Positions 35,794-48,828 of a stretch of DNA of 64,000 bases are shown in pieces. The stretch lies in contig NC_068982.1 in NCBI RefSeq assembly GCF_001194135.2, positions 145,130,404-145,194,403 of the forward strand. Reading direction: 5' to 3'. The notes beneath the pieces are model-generated. The model ran no database searches. It was not told the origin of the DNA and worked only from the letters and a program-made list of their open reading frames with translations. The stretch's first letter is position 1. Every line of letters starts with the position of its first letter. This DNA is from Octopus bimaculoides (lineage: Eukaryota). Made by a program: the position numbers and the translations under genes.

Positions 35794-36225
35794 NNNNNNN
35801 NNNNNNNNNNNNNNNNNNNNNNNNNNNNNNNNNNNNNNNNNNNNNNNNNNNNNNNNNNNNNNNNNNNNNNNNNNNNNNNNNNNNNNNNNNNNNNNNNNNN
35901 NNNNNNNNNNNNNNNNNNNNNNNNNNNNNNNNNNNNNNNNNNNNNNNNNNNNNNNNNNNNNNNNNNNNNNNNNNNNNNNNNNNNNNNNNNNNNNNNNNNN
36001 NNNNNNNNNNNNNNNNNNNNNNNNNNNNNNNNNNNNNNNNNNNNNNNNNNNNNNNNNNNNNNNNNNNNNNNNNNNNNNNNNNNNNNNNNNNNNNNNNNNN
36101 NNNNNNNNNNNNNNNNNNNNNNNNNNNNNNNNNNNNNNNNNNNNNNNNNNNNNNNNNNNNNNNNNNNNNNNNNNNNNNNNCTAAATTCTAACATATTTAT
36201 ATGAATACACACACACATACACACT

Positions 36226-36261
<36 letters not shown>

Positions 36262-36263
<2 letters not shown>

Positions 36264-36726
36264 CTGTTGTATCTGGGGAGAGTCATTTTCTTATTGTGCT
36301 TTAAAATTTAACACACTCACCGGTAAAATTTCCACTTATTTTTCTTTTTATTTTCCTAAAATTTTCGTGGCGTCTTGTAACCTTATCAATAGTCTTGCTT
36401 ATATATATTTCAATGATAAACTTCTGGAGAGTTTTACAAATTTTTACAGTTCCAGTGATAGATTGGATCCGTAGTCTTCGAATTAGCTTTCCCCGTTCTG
36501 GTTTTGAGAAGCCTTATTTCTCAAGATCGGTATTTAGGTTGTGTGCTACGCGTTCCATGGTCCCAATAATTCCAGGTATAAGCCTAAAGTTGTAATCTGG
36601 ATAGTTTAACTTCAGGTTTCTCAATAGTTCAGGGTAGTATCCTCTTTTCACTGACCTTCAGCTTTATGTGAGCATCCACTGGGCAGCCAGTTTCCACAAC
36701 TGTACACAGTTTTTTGTCTTTGTCCC
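36262..36726 (-). mobile_element. Non-LTR retrotransposon 3' end with restriction-like endonuclease (family distinct from 2673 and 12300)
   Basis: Minus strand reads DKDKKLCTVVETGCPVDAHIKLKVSEK / ELLRNLKLNYPDYNFRLIPGIIGTMERVAHNLNTDLEK*GFSKPERGKLIRRLRIQSITGTVKICKTLQKFII, followed by a 3' UTR ending at a (TA)n tract. Confidence 0.85.
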
Positions 36727-38165
36727 AAATCATTACATGTATGTATGTATGTATGCATGTATGTATGTATGTATGTATGTATGTATGTATGTATGCATGT
36801 ATATATGTATGTATGTGTCTATGAGTATAGAAAGAAAAGAGGTAGGGAGAGACATAGATATATTTTCATTTATCTATATATATACAAAGTATATGAGAGT
36901 CAGTGAGTGTGAGTGAGTGAAGGAAGCAGTTGGTAAGCGACAATAATGAAGAGAAACAGATGAGGTAAAATGTAAAAACAAAAGCAAAAAAATAGTAAGA
37001 AAATAATATCAGAAACGCTAAAGTGAAGACAGGGAGATAACAGCAGATAAAAAAGCAACAAAAATAACAACAAATGCTGCAACAGCAACAATAACATGGA
37101 GAACAAGAACAGTTTCATGACAATAACAGATGGTGGTAGAAACCTCAGTTGTATTATGAAAGAAAAAAAAAAAACAAACGCGCAAAAGATAAAGAAGAGC
37201 AAGAAGCGACGAAAGCTCTTGAATGAAGGACTGATGTAGATCATGAAAACAATGTGCGTGCATGTCTATGCAGTTTTGAGCATCATACATATGCATGGGA
37301 TATATATATATATATATATATATATANNNNNNNNNNNNNNNNNNNNNNNNNNNNNNNNNNNNNNNNNNNNNNNNNNNNNNNNNNNNNNNNNNNNNNNNNN
37401 NNNNNNNNNNNNNNNNNNNNNNNNNNNNNNNNNNNNNNNNNNNNNNNNNNNNNNNNNNNNNNNNNNNNNNNNNNNNNNNNNNNNNNNNNNNNNNNNNNNN
37501 NNNNNNNNNNNNNNNNNNNNNNNNNNNNNNNNNNNNNNNNNNNNNNNNNNNNNNNNNNNNNNNNNNNNNNNNNNNNNNNNNNNNNNNNNNNNNNNNNNNN
37601 NNNNNNNNNNNNNNNNNNNNNNNNNNNNNNNNNNNNNNNNNNNNNNNNNNNNNNNNNNNNNNNNNNNNNNNNNNNNNNNNNNNNNNNNNNNNNNNNNNNN
37701 NNNNNNNNNNNNNNNNNNNNNNNNNNNNNNNNNNNNNNNNNNNNNNNNNNNNNNNNNNNNNNNNNNNNNNNNNNNNNNNNNNNNNNNNNNNNNNNNNNNN
37801 NNNNNNNNNNNNNNNNNNNNNNNNNNNNNNNNNNNNNNNNNNNNNNNNNNNNNNNNNNNNNNNNNNNNNNNNNNNNNNNNNNNNNNNNNNNNNNNNNNNN
37901 NNNNNNNNNNNNNNNNNNNNNNNNNNNNNNNNNNNNNNNNNNNNNNNNNNNNNNNNNNNNNNNNNNNNNNNNNNNNNNNNNNNNNNNNNNNNNNNNNNNN
38001 NNNNNNNNNNNNNNNNNNNNNNNNNNNNNNNNNNNNNNNNNNNNNNNNNNNNNNNNNNNNNNNNNNNNNNNNNNNNNNNNNNNNNNNNNNNNNNNNNNNN
38101 NNNNNNNNNNNNNNNNNNNNNNNNNNNNNNNNNNNNNNNNNNNNNNNNNNNNNNNNNNNNNNNNN

Positions 38166-38236
<71 letters not shown>

Positions 38237-39959
38237 GCTTTTTCGAAGTATCTCACATCCACATTTGAGCTGTCAGGCGGGGTTTCTCACTGCCGTTGAG
38301 TTCTCTATTGAGACGGTTTTTAATCTTTGTACTCCGGGAACATTGTTTTTATGTGCAATGGAATTTCGCTCGGGGACAAAAATGTAGCATATGGCTTACA
38401 TTTTGGACATGAAAGTTTACAATTTCATGTCTATGTAAAGTGTACACACACACGCAGGCACACACACTCACACACACACACACACACACATTGTGTGTGT
38501 GTATTTGTTTGTTTGTTTGTGTGTGTGTGTGTGTGCGTGCGTGTGTGTGCATCGGGAACGAGGGAATGAGAAACAGAGGTGGGAAGGCGCAATAAGAGTA
38601 GAGATGGATAAGATACACTGACAAGAAATAATTCCGAATATCTACAAATACAAGTTAGACTGAAAATAGTGAAAACCACATGGGCTTTCTACTCATCTTT
38701 TTTTTTCATAATGTCTCTTTACATAAATACTTATTTGATACATATACTTAACATAAGCACGTTTGTGCGGTCGCTCGAACTGATAAAAATAGCAACTAAA
38801 TATTTTTATAACTTCTCTTTACTATCTCTACAAACTCTGCCGGATATTAATATTATATGAAAAAAAAAGGAAAAAAAAGAAAAAAGAAATAAAAAAATGG
38901 AATGGAAAAAAGACGAGACGGTCGCATGTGAAATTTGGTTTGAAGTATGTCATAGTGACATGCATGTAAAGCGTGATAGGTGTCATGCTTCGTAAGTTTA
39001 TTTTTGTACGTATTTCTCAACCACTTATACCATATATGGGCCATATTTTGGAGTGAACTCTATCCATAACACTGTGCTTCGTTGAAGATTAGAATGTCCC
39101 ATAATCATGGGAGATGGGCTCCTAATTATGGGAAGTAATTGGTTGAATTTCGACTCTTTCAATAACCATTACCAGAGCTTGGTGTCACTCCTGGTGCATG
39201 ACTATTATTCTTCAGAATAATCTATCGTTGATATCTCGTTGATATAAACACACACCTACACTCAAACACCTATCTATATATATAGAGAGGAAGAGGTAGG
39301 AACGAAAAAAAAGAGTGGGAGCAGGTAACGAAGATGTGTAGGAAAACGAAAAACAAAATTTATAATTCTAAATAGGATTTATAATTCTAAATAATTCTAA
39401 AGAGATAAGGTCAAAAAAGAAACGATAGAGAAAAGAAAAGAAAAGGGTTTCGTAATGATTTCTAGTTTTCCAATAGAATATAATAAAAGTTGAATGAAAA
39501 ATGTACTGAGTATTCTCAGAAAGTAAACAAAGACGAGGTCGTAACTCAAATGTTCATCGGTATTACCTAAGATAGAAGAAAATAAACAAATGAGAAGTAT
39601 ACTTGTATGCAAGAGGTAAAATTTCAAATTCGTGTTCCCGTACGAAGTTTTCTTTCAAAAACAATTCTTTTTTTTTTGCTTCTTACATGCGGCTGCAAGT
39701 AAAAGTACGACTTGTAACCACGTGGTTTTTCAACGATAGCTCTAGTTTGCGTCACTGACTTTAATGTACTATATTAAACTTTTAGTGCAATATATTACGT
39801 TTTTTTTTTAAATCAGTATATTATGGTAGACCGTTAGACAGACAAAAAGGTCAGATTTAGGAGATTTTTTCCTCGATTTATACAATCCCTTTTTGATTGT
39901 TTCAGGAGAACGAAGGAGTACGTCTTTCTTCAACGAAACCGGAAGTATATATATATATA

Positions 39960-39979
39960 TTGTCCTCTGTAAATTTGAA

Positions 39980-40052
<73 letters not shown>

Positions 40053-40073
40053 GTTCAAATTTACAGAGGACAA
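39960..40073. repeat. Perfect 23-bp inverted repeat enclosing (CA)n(TA)n
   Basis: TTGTCCTCTGTAAATTTGAACTA (39960-39982) and TAGTTCAAATTTACAGAGGACAA (40051-40073). Confidence 0.95.
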
Positions 40074-40235
40074 AAGACGGAGACAGGTGTAGGGACAACA
40101 AGCAGTTTAATGCTCGGGAAAATGGAAGAAACTTTTACGGTTCGATCCTACGCTCTTCGACAGAAAGGATTAAAAGGAAAAAAACAACAAAAAACACGGA
40201 GAGAATAAACTGTAGAGATTAACGGTTTAACATTG
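40051..40235 (+). mobile_element. Microsatellite-flanking interspersed repeat, possibly a Penelope-like terminal fragment
   Basis: AGTTCAAATTTACAG...AAAAGACG...ACGGTTCGATCCTACGCTCTTCGACAGAAAGG. Similar (C)GTTTCG/CGAAAC-bearing stubs abut TA tracts at ~5230, ~8600, ~46060 and ~47465. The class assignment is inference only. Confidence 0.35.
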
Positions 40236-40474
40236 TGAAATGGCCGGAAGAGAGAGGCTGAATGAAAGGGAGATAATAATAACAATAACTGTGATACAAA
40301 CACTCACTCACACACACACACACACATTACACACGCACGCGCACATATACACACATATGCCTTCAAATATGCATATATATATACATACATGCATTAGTAC
40401 GAGCGTCAAACTAACACACCTGTTTGTTGTTCATAAACCTGTCTTCGTCTTGTTTTTCTATAAATTTCAATTAT

Positions 40475-40507
<33 letters not shown>

Positions 40508-41491
40508 CACACATATAAAGAGTACATAAGAATTGCGGGTGGGGAGTTGAAAACAATCATTCTTCAAGTTAAAGCTGACAGGAGGAAAATATAAATAGAA
40601 AAAAAAAAGAAAAAGAAAAAAAGAGCGGAATTTATCGTTCTCTGTGTCTGAGAACCTGGCTGCAACGGATGGGAGATGCAAGGCGACGTGAGGTTCATGT
40701 GTAGGTAGGAAGTAGTAGATGAGTGAAACAGTGTGGGAGAAGGAAAGAGAATTGAAAAACAGAATGAAAGCGAATGAAGGAGTGAAGGTGGGAAAAAATT
40801 AAGGTGAAAGGGAAGTTGAGGATAATAACTGGATTACTGAAGTAAGTTAAAGGAATGGAAGGTAACACGTGCCGGTGAATGGTTCCGAGTTGACGTATGC
40901 AGCGTTGTTTCCTTTCTTTCCTTGAGTATATGGATCTTCTCAGCATAACATGATTTACATTGGGTAATCACATATAGTCTCTCCCTTTCTCTCTTTCCTT
41001 CCTCTCTGTCTGTCTCTCTTGCGCACTCTTTTACACACACATGCATGTGGGTTTATACAGTACATTAGATTTCTATTGTTTTGGAAGTCTTATTGCCTTT
41101 TTACAGTTTAGCCTGACGGAGGAAAGTAGTTTCATTCTCAAAGCAATCTTGTGGTTTGTGTTCTAAGAAGGTCGTGAACATATTTAATAAATTTGATTCA
41201 CATAGAAGCTGAAACGCACGTTCTTCAATACATTTGGGTTCGTTATAATTTCTTTCTACGGATATTTTATTAACGGGAATTTGAAAAATAAATTTCTAAA
41301 AGATAGATATGTTTAATATATTTTATATTTATTCAATATTCCAATATTCCAATTATCCACTCGCTCAGTTTGGCAGATTTCGTCAATGAAATTTTGAAAA
41401 TTAAAGTTAAGAAAAAAATTACAATTACAATTGTATATATATATATATAAATACATACATATATATATATATATGTAATGTATATATATAT

Positions 41492-41526
<35 letters not shown>

Positions 41527-41543
41527 CATATATATATGTAATG

Positions 41544-41574
<31 letters not shown>

Positions 41575-41812
41575 GTATATATNNNNNNNNNNNNNNNNNN
41601 NNNNNNNNNNNNNNNNNNNNNNNNNNNNNNNNNNNNNNNNNNNNNNNNNNNNNNNNNNNNNNNNNNNNNNNNNNNNNNNNNNNNNNNNNNNNNNNNNNNN
41701 NNNNNNNNNNNNNNNNNNNNNNNNNNNNNNNNNNNNNNNNNNNNNNNNNNNNNNNNNNNNNNNNNNNNNNNNNNNNNNNNNNNNNNNNNNNNNNNNTATA
41801 TAGATATATATA

Positions 41813-41847
<35 letters not shown>

Positions 41848-42151
41848 ACTTCACACATATATTTTCTTCCGTTCAGAAGAAATCTTCTATAGCTAGATTT
41901 AGTACAGATAACACAAATAACAAAATTTTGAATTGAACACATATAAAATAAAACTCATCTGAGTTCCATAATTAAACAAATATAATTCTCCATTAAGTAT
42001 ACTTTTCAAAATGATAATAACTAAATATAGAACTGAAATATAGAATGTAGAAATGTAAATTAGATTAGAAAATACTATTTTATTCTAGAAAATAATGAAT
42101 AAATAAACATACATGTGTGTGTCTCTCCGTGCGTTCGTGTGTGTGAGTATA

Positions 42152-42197
<46 letters not shown>

Positions 42198-42353
42198 TAT
42201 ATATATGAATGTCTTGGAACTTTGTGCCGTCGATTTGTAGAAAGGCGTGCAGATCTAATTAAAAAGTGAGCCATCAGATTCTGTAGGAGGTTATGTAGTT
42301 GTTTGTACGTCGTGTCTTCTCAATTATTCTGTCTACAATATTAATAAGAGCTG

Positions 42354-42570
42354 CAAGGCAGAGAGCTGGCAGAATCGTTAGCACGCCGGGTAGAATGCTT
42401 AGCGGCGTTTCGTCCGTCTTTACGTTCTCAGTTCTAAATACGCCGAGGTCGACTTTGCGTTTCATCTCTTTGGGGGTCGATAATATAAGTACCAGTGAAA
42501 CATTGGTGTCGATGTATAATCTACTTACTTTCCCCCCCGATCTTGTTGGCCTTGTGCCAAAATTTGAAAC
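42354..42570 (+). mobile_element. SINE family B, near full length
   Basis: CAAGGCAGAGAGCTGGCAGAATCGTTAGCACGCCGGG...GAGGTCGACTTTGCGTTTCATC...AAGTACCAG...GGCCTTGTGCCAAAATTTGAAAC. Confidence 0.9.
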
Positions 42571-42984
42571 ATGTTCGTGAATCTCAGGAACACCATTCTT
42601 ATTTCTTTAACTTAACTTGCCCTCGCTAATTATGAATAATTATAGTATTATAAACGAGCATGTTACAATGACCAAATGTCTCTCATTCAGTTATTTTCAA
42701 ATGCTGCTATTTATTCAACTACTGTAAAAGTGTATATAAATGCTATGTTCCTGGTGAAATAAACAAAATGAAACATTATATTCACTTTAATGTGAGTTTT
42801 TGAATTGAACACGCAACACATTAACGTTGTTTATCGTCAAGTATTCAATTACTACATACTGCTAAATCTACATACATACATACATACATACCTACATACA
42901 TACATACATACATACATACATACAAGTATATATACTTATCTGTCTCTGTCTCTCAGTCTTCCTCTCTCCCTCTCCGTATCCTCT

Positions 42985-43059
<75 letters not shown>

Positions 43060-43562
43060 TAAAAAGATGTTAAATCTATTGCTATTGACAGAGATAAGGG
43101 GTCAAGAAAGAAGTGGTCTTCGATAAAAGATTTTGAAGAACAGAAACCAAAGTATGTAAGAGTCAGACGATAACTACGAAGAAATAATACTTTGCTAGAA
43201 TACTGCAATTCTTTAGTTGCTCAGCGTGTGGTTAGACTTGCCTTTCAAAGCCTGACTTAACTTCACATTTCAAAACTTGTCTTCATGCAGTCGGCCCAAG
43301 CGATAGGAAGATCATTCCATCAGACGTGCTCATATGTCATATTTGTAATAAAGCATATAAGTCTCGCGTTGGTTTAAAAAGAAATTTAAATATTCACAAA
43401 TCAGAAAAGACAAACAACTTAAGGTGAGACATATCTGCACTTTTTTAATGCAAATTTCAAACAGCTTCCAGGAATTATAAGCAACTTTAGTGCTCATGCA
43501 CAGGGAAAGCACATCTAAGAAGTTTAAAGTATTGAACATAAGTATGCTACCTCTCTCTCTCT

Positions 43563-43609
<47 letters not shown>

Positions 43610-43689
43610 TCGTAATGTAAAAATTGTGAAGTACATAAGAAAGATAATTTGCATATTACAAACATCATCTGATATATAATTCACGACTG

Positions 43690-43800
43690 TTGTCGACAGC
43701 ACAGCTCGAGGTGAAACTCATAGCAGACTGTCAAACTTTCGATAGAATAAACATACGAACATACACACATATACTTATACATACATACATAATATATATA
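43690..43800 (+). mobile_element. Short repeat end with CATA-type tail (same family as the insert at 14216)
   Basis: GTCGACAGCACAGCTCGAGGTGAAACTCATAGCAGACTGTCAAACTTTCGATAGAATAAACATACGAACATAC..., followed by (CATA)/(TA) repeats. Confidence 0.7.
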
Positions 43801-43835
43801 TACATATGTGTGTGTGTATGTATACACAGTACACA

Positions 43836-43893
<58 letters not shown>

Positions 43894-44942
43894 NNNNNNN
43901 NNNNNNNNNNNNNNNNNNNNNNNNNNNNNNNNNNNNNNNNNNNNNNNNNNNNNNNNNNNNNNNNNNNNNNNNNNNNNNNNNNNNNNNNNNNNNNNNNNNN
44001 NNTTAGAAATGATGCCAAATCTATTTATAGAAATGATGATATCTGAGAGATTTTTTGTGTTTTGGTTACAGGGATAAGATTTTTAAACCCCAAGTGAGAT
44101 GGATTTAATCATTGTTTGTTAAGAGTGGGTTTGAATTTCTTAATAAAGTCCTTTTCTTTGCATTTTCTTTCAATTTCATTCCGGTTGTAAAGTTTATGGA
44201 ATGGAAATATAATAAAAGTTTGATGACCACATGTTGCTAGATGGTTACTCAGTGGTATTTGGCGGACTTCTGGGTTTTTAATCTGTTGTCGATGTACCCG
44301 TGAGCGTGCGTGTGTGTATATAACGTACACAAACTATCTCACCACGCATAACATTTACAAATGCCTGGAGTATGTATGTAAAACCAAGTATGTGCGAATC
44401 TAAAGATATTGAGAATTGCTGATGTATTGCAAAATAAGAAAATGAAAGAAAAATTGTTACACAGTTTAAATAAACAAATTAGTAAATTTTATAAATAAAA
44501 TTTGAATTATTACATTTTAAGGATTTAAAAGAAAACGATAAAATCAATTTCATTGGCTGTCAGATAGAAGAATGCGCTGAAGCACTTAAAGGTGACAATG
44601 ATGTACGTGTATACGTATTTGTGTATAAGCAAATGAATAAATGTGAAAAAGAATAATGTTCCCACAAGAAGTATAATACACGTTACAGGAAAATTTGTGA
44701 TACACTCCATATGAGGAGTTAGGTTGATGAATATCGTGCACGAAACACTAGGCCACTGAGACACTACTGTAAATGTTTGCCGACTAAAATGGCTAAAAAA
44801 TATATAATCACAGTAAAGTATTAAATCGGTCTAAACAAAACTTTCCTTCACATATAATGCTCTTTTCGATTCAAAGTATTTTTATTAAATATTAAATTTT
44901 GTCTTAGTGCAGAAGTCTAAATCAAATTTATGAAATGTGTTA

Positions 44943-45001
<59 letters not shown>

Positions 45002-45766
45002 GTACATATATATTTATGTATAATCAAAAATTGAAAATATCCATATATCTATATATTTACTGAACAAATTTACATTGAGTACAAGAAATACAGATAGCTA
45101 ATGAGATAAAGCATGGTATATCATGGCCGACAGCTGTTTCTTGGGGCTCGGAATTACGTAATAGTTATAATGTTGGCAGAAGGAACGTACAGAATGTCAA
45201 GGATATGCAAACGGTAGTAGATGCATATAAACATTACCGTAAAACCGGCCTCCGTCTTCAAGATGGAAATATTGGCAACTAGTTGCTTGTTGAACTCGTG
45301 TCCCTCTTCGTCAGTTCTGCAACTGAATTACATAATTAAAAGTTATGTAAACGACGAATATAAATGAATAATCTTACGGGACAGCAAATATGTACACATG
45401 AGCCATTTCAGGTTGTTTTTGATGTTTCAACGTTCGAATTTTGTGAGTATATGTCCATACGTGTGTACAAGTGTGAGCACTCGCGCGTCTAAATATGTCT
45501 GGGTGCGTTAGTGTACGTTAATGTATGTTGGTGTATGCCAGTATGCGGCTGTGGCGTGCACTCACTAGTGTATACATATGGATGTGTGTGTGTGTGTGTG
45601 TATGTGTGTGTGTGTGTGTGTATCTGTGTGTTTGTGTGTGTGTGTGTGTGTGTATGTGTGTGTGTGTTTTATATTGTGAATAGATTTTATTTGAATACAC
45701 CAGAATTGAAAAGAAGATATATTTTCAGATTTCATTGATACATCATTATAACTTATGATGTATTTC

Positions 45767-45817
<51 letters not shown>

Positions 45818-45995
45818 GATACACATGTTTGTGTGTGTGTGTGCGTGTGTGTTTCTATGTACACATATGTATGTATCTATCTATCCGTATCTGTATAAAT
45901 GCCTATTTTATAGTGTGCTAGCGTGTGCCCGTATGTAAATAAAACTTTCCTTCCACTAATTCTTTCTTCTCCCCCACTCGTAACTCTTCTGTCAA

Positions 45996-46064
45996 TTTTT
46001 TCTCCTTGTCACACCCTACCGTTTGCATATCCTTGACATTCTGTACGTTTTTTCTCCTTGTCAC
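45996..46064. repeat. 17-bp direct repeat enclosing an inverted copy of 45184-45217
   Basis: TTTTTTCTCCTTGTCAC at 45996-46012 and 46048-46064. 46016-46049 is the exact reverse complement of 45184-45217. Confidence 0.92.
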
Positions 46065-46344
46065 GTTTCATCCGCCTCATCTTATCCGAAGCGAGCCTTC
46101 ACTTTTTACTGCCTACCTTTCTCCTTTAGCAGGACAAAAAAATACGTATGTTTACAACATATAAACATGCAGCAAAACAACAAAATTTAATACAATATAT
46201 ATATATATATGTTTGTACGCATGTATGCGTGTATATAATACAAACACATACACACTCTCACATATGCATATAGCTGCATACATATATGTGTGTGTGTGTC
46301 TATACCTAAATGTGAAACGCTCTCCCCCACACATACACATATAC

Positions 46345-46390
46345 AAAGCCTTGTGAGTGGATTTGTTAAACGGAAATTGAAAGAAGCCCG

Positions 46391-46430
<40 letters not shown>

Positions 46431-46625
46431 GTGTGTGTCTGTGCTTGTCACCCCACCATCCCTTGACAACCGATGTTGGTATGTTTGCGTCCCTGTAAAC
46501 AAACCGATAGAATAAGTAATAGGCTTAGAATAAATATGACCTGGTGTCAATTTTTTCGACTGAAAGCAGTGCTCCAGCTTGGCCACAGTCAAATGACTGA
46601 AAGAAGTAAAACATAAGAATAAAAT
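46345..46625 (+). mobile_element. SINE family A, 5'-truncated
   Basis: CAAAGCCTTGTGAGTGGATTTG...GAAGCCCGTCA(TA)n...GACAACCGATG...CCGATAGAATAAGTA...CAAATGACTGAAAGAAGTAAAA. Confidence 0.9.
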
Positions 46626-47116
46626 TATATGATTTATATATATGATATATGATATATATTATATATATATATAGACAAACATACCTACATACACGCACAT
46701 ACACACGCACACACATACACACATATACACACACTCATATATATATATATATATATATATACATGCATGCATGCATACATACAAGTATATGTGTGTGTTT
46801 GAGCATGGGTGTATCTCTGCTTGTGCGTGTGTGTGTATATGTATATTTATAAATACCTTCCAATTCTACGAGTGTTTCAATGTACCAGTATTTTATGAAA
46901 AGTATCTTTAGAAAATACTGATCTATTGAAACATTTGTATATAACTGTAAGGTATTTCTTAATATAACTAAATATACACTCCACTTTTCTTTCGATGAAT
47001 TCCTGTTTTGAGTTGTAGTCTTCTCAGATGTTTTTCAAGAACGATAAAGTTATCTATTTACGCACCCATACACACGCTCATACCCCCCCACACATACACC
47101 CACACACACATGACAC

Positions 47117-47148
<32 letters not shown>

Positions 47149-47199
47149 GTATATATACGTATGTATAAGTATATGTATATATGTCTCAATGAATATATG

Positions 47200-47236
<37 letters not shown>

Positions 47237-47288
47237 TACGTTATATATATACTGTATATACATATGTACGCNNNNNNNNNNTAAAACG

Positions 47289-47326
<38 letters not shown>

Positions 47327-47884
47327 CGTAATATGTGTTTTTGTATATATACTTATCTTGTAAAACCAAAAAGAAAACGTTAGAAAAAATAAGAAGACAA
47401 ACTGAGTTCAGAATCAATATTATCAGCTTGTTTCTCAGGGGAACATAAAGAAGTAATTGCTATGTGTTTCGGACATTGCCCGTCGTCTGACAGTAGAAAA
47501 AGAAATGAAGAGAGACGGGAAGAAAGTAGAAAATGATAGAGGAGAAGAAAAAGCCGTATTACTGGCATGTGTTTATGTACGTCGAGATGTATTGATAGAT
47601 AAATGGATACAGAAAAGGTTAGGGGAAGAGAGAGAGAAAGAAAGACAAAAATTACTGCAACTAATCACTGACGACAAGAATTTGATGTAAATCCTATCAG
47701 TTTGACTAGGGACAAATCTGTTAGTCTTGTGGGGATCGTGAAGATGAATACAAACACACACATATACACTCACACACACACACACACACACACATACACA
47801 CATACACATACGCACACACACACCTACGCGCGCGCGCACAAACACGCACACACACACTTATAGATATATAGTATATATTATATA

Positions 47885-48107
47885 TACAGGGGTGGGGTGC
47901 TGAAGTGTTCCTGACTTTGGATGAAAGAAAATGCAGAAGGATCAGTTAATATGATTTTTATACATCATATTCCTCTCTCAGATTCGTGCACTTATCACAG
48001 GGGTCTTTCGGGTTTTCTAAGCCCTGTAAAAGAACTCGGAAGGTTGGACCTCCAGGCAAGCCTTTCACGATACTCTTGAAGCAAGAACTCTTTAGCACTC
48101 TCTCGTA
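47885..48107 (-). mobile_element. Mariner-derived MITE / deletion derivative
   Basis: TA-flanked imperfect TIRs (TAC.GGGG..GTGCTGAAGTGTTCCTG ... GAACTCTTTAGCACTCTCTCGTA). The minus strand retains a mariner C-terminus, LQGLENPKDPCDKCTNLREEYDV*. Confidence 0.8.
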
Positions 48108-48267
48108 TATACATATATACGTATCCCACCCCATATATATCAATTCAACACGTTCAAGAAGTCGCAACACTGTGAGACATTTTCTCACTCTTCACCGTCT
48201 AACAGATACCATGGGGAAAATTGTTTGTTGGCTTGTATAGCTTAAATGTGATGTAATATTCACCCAT

Positions 48268-48700
48268 AGAAGGTGACGAGCTGACAGAAACGTTAGCACG
48301 CCGGGTGAAATACTTAACGGTATTTCGTCTGCCGTTACGTTCTGAGTTCAAATTCTGCCGAGGTCGACTTTGCCTTTCATCCTTTCGAGGTTGATAAATT
48401 AAGTACCAGTTACGCACTGGTGTCAGTGTAATCGACTTAATCCCTTTGTCTGTCCTTGTTTGTCCCCTCTGTGTTTAGCCCCTTGTGGGCAATAAAGAAA
48501 TAAGAAACGTTAGCACGCCCGGCGAAATGCTTAGCGGTATTTCATTTGTCTTTACGTTCTGAGTTCAAATTCCGTCGAGCTTGACTTTGCCTTTCAGCAT
48601 TTCGCGGTCGATGAATTAAATACCTCCTGCGTACTGGGGTCGATATAATCGACTGGACCTCTCCCTCAAAATTTCGGGCCTTGTGCCTAGAGTAGAAAAG
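48268..48700 (+). mobile_element. Head-to-tail heterodimer of SINE family B with 13-bp TSD
   Basis: Monomer 1 (48268-~48503) ends ...CCCCTTGTGGGCAATAAAGAAATA. Monomer 2 starts AGAAACGTTAGCACGCC and ends ...GCCTTGTGCCTAGAGTAGAAAAG. AATATTCACCCAT is present at 48255-48267 and 48701-48713. Confidence 0.88.
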
Positions 48701-48717
48701 AATATTCACCCATGGGT

Positions 48718-48741
48718 AGAGAGAGAAAGAGAGAGAAAGAG

Positions 48742-48790
<49 letters not shown>

Positions 48791-48828
48791 AAGAGAGAAA
48801 CAGAGAGAGAGAGAGAGAAAGAGAGAAG
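48718..48828. repeat. (AG)n compound tract
   Basis: Direct inspection. Confidence 0.9.
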
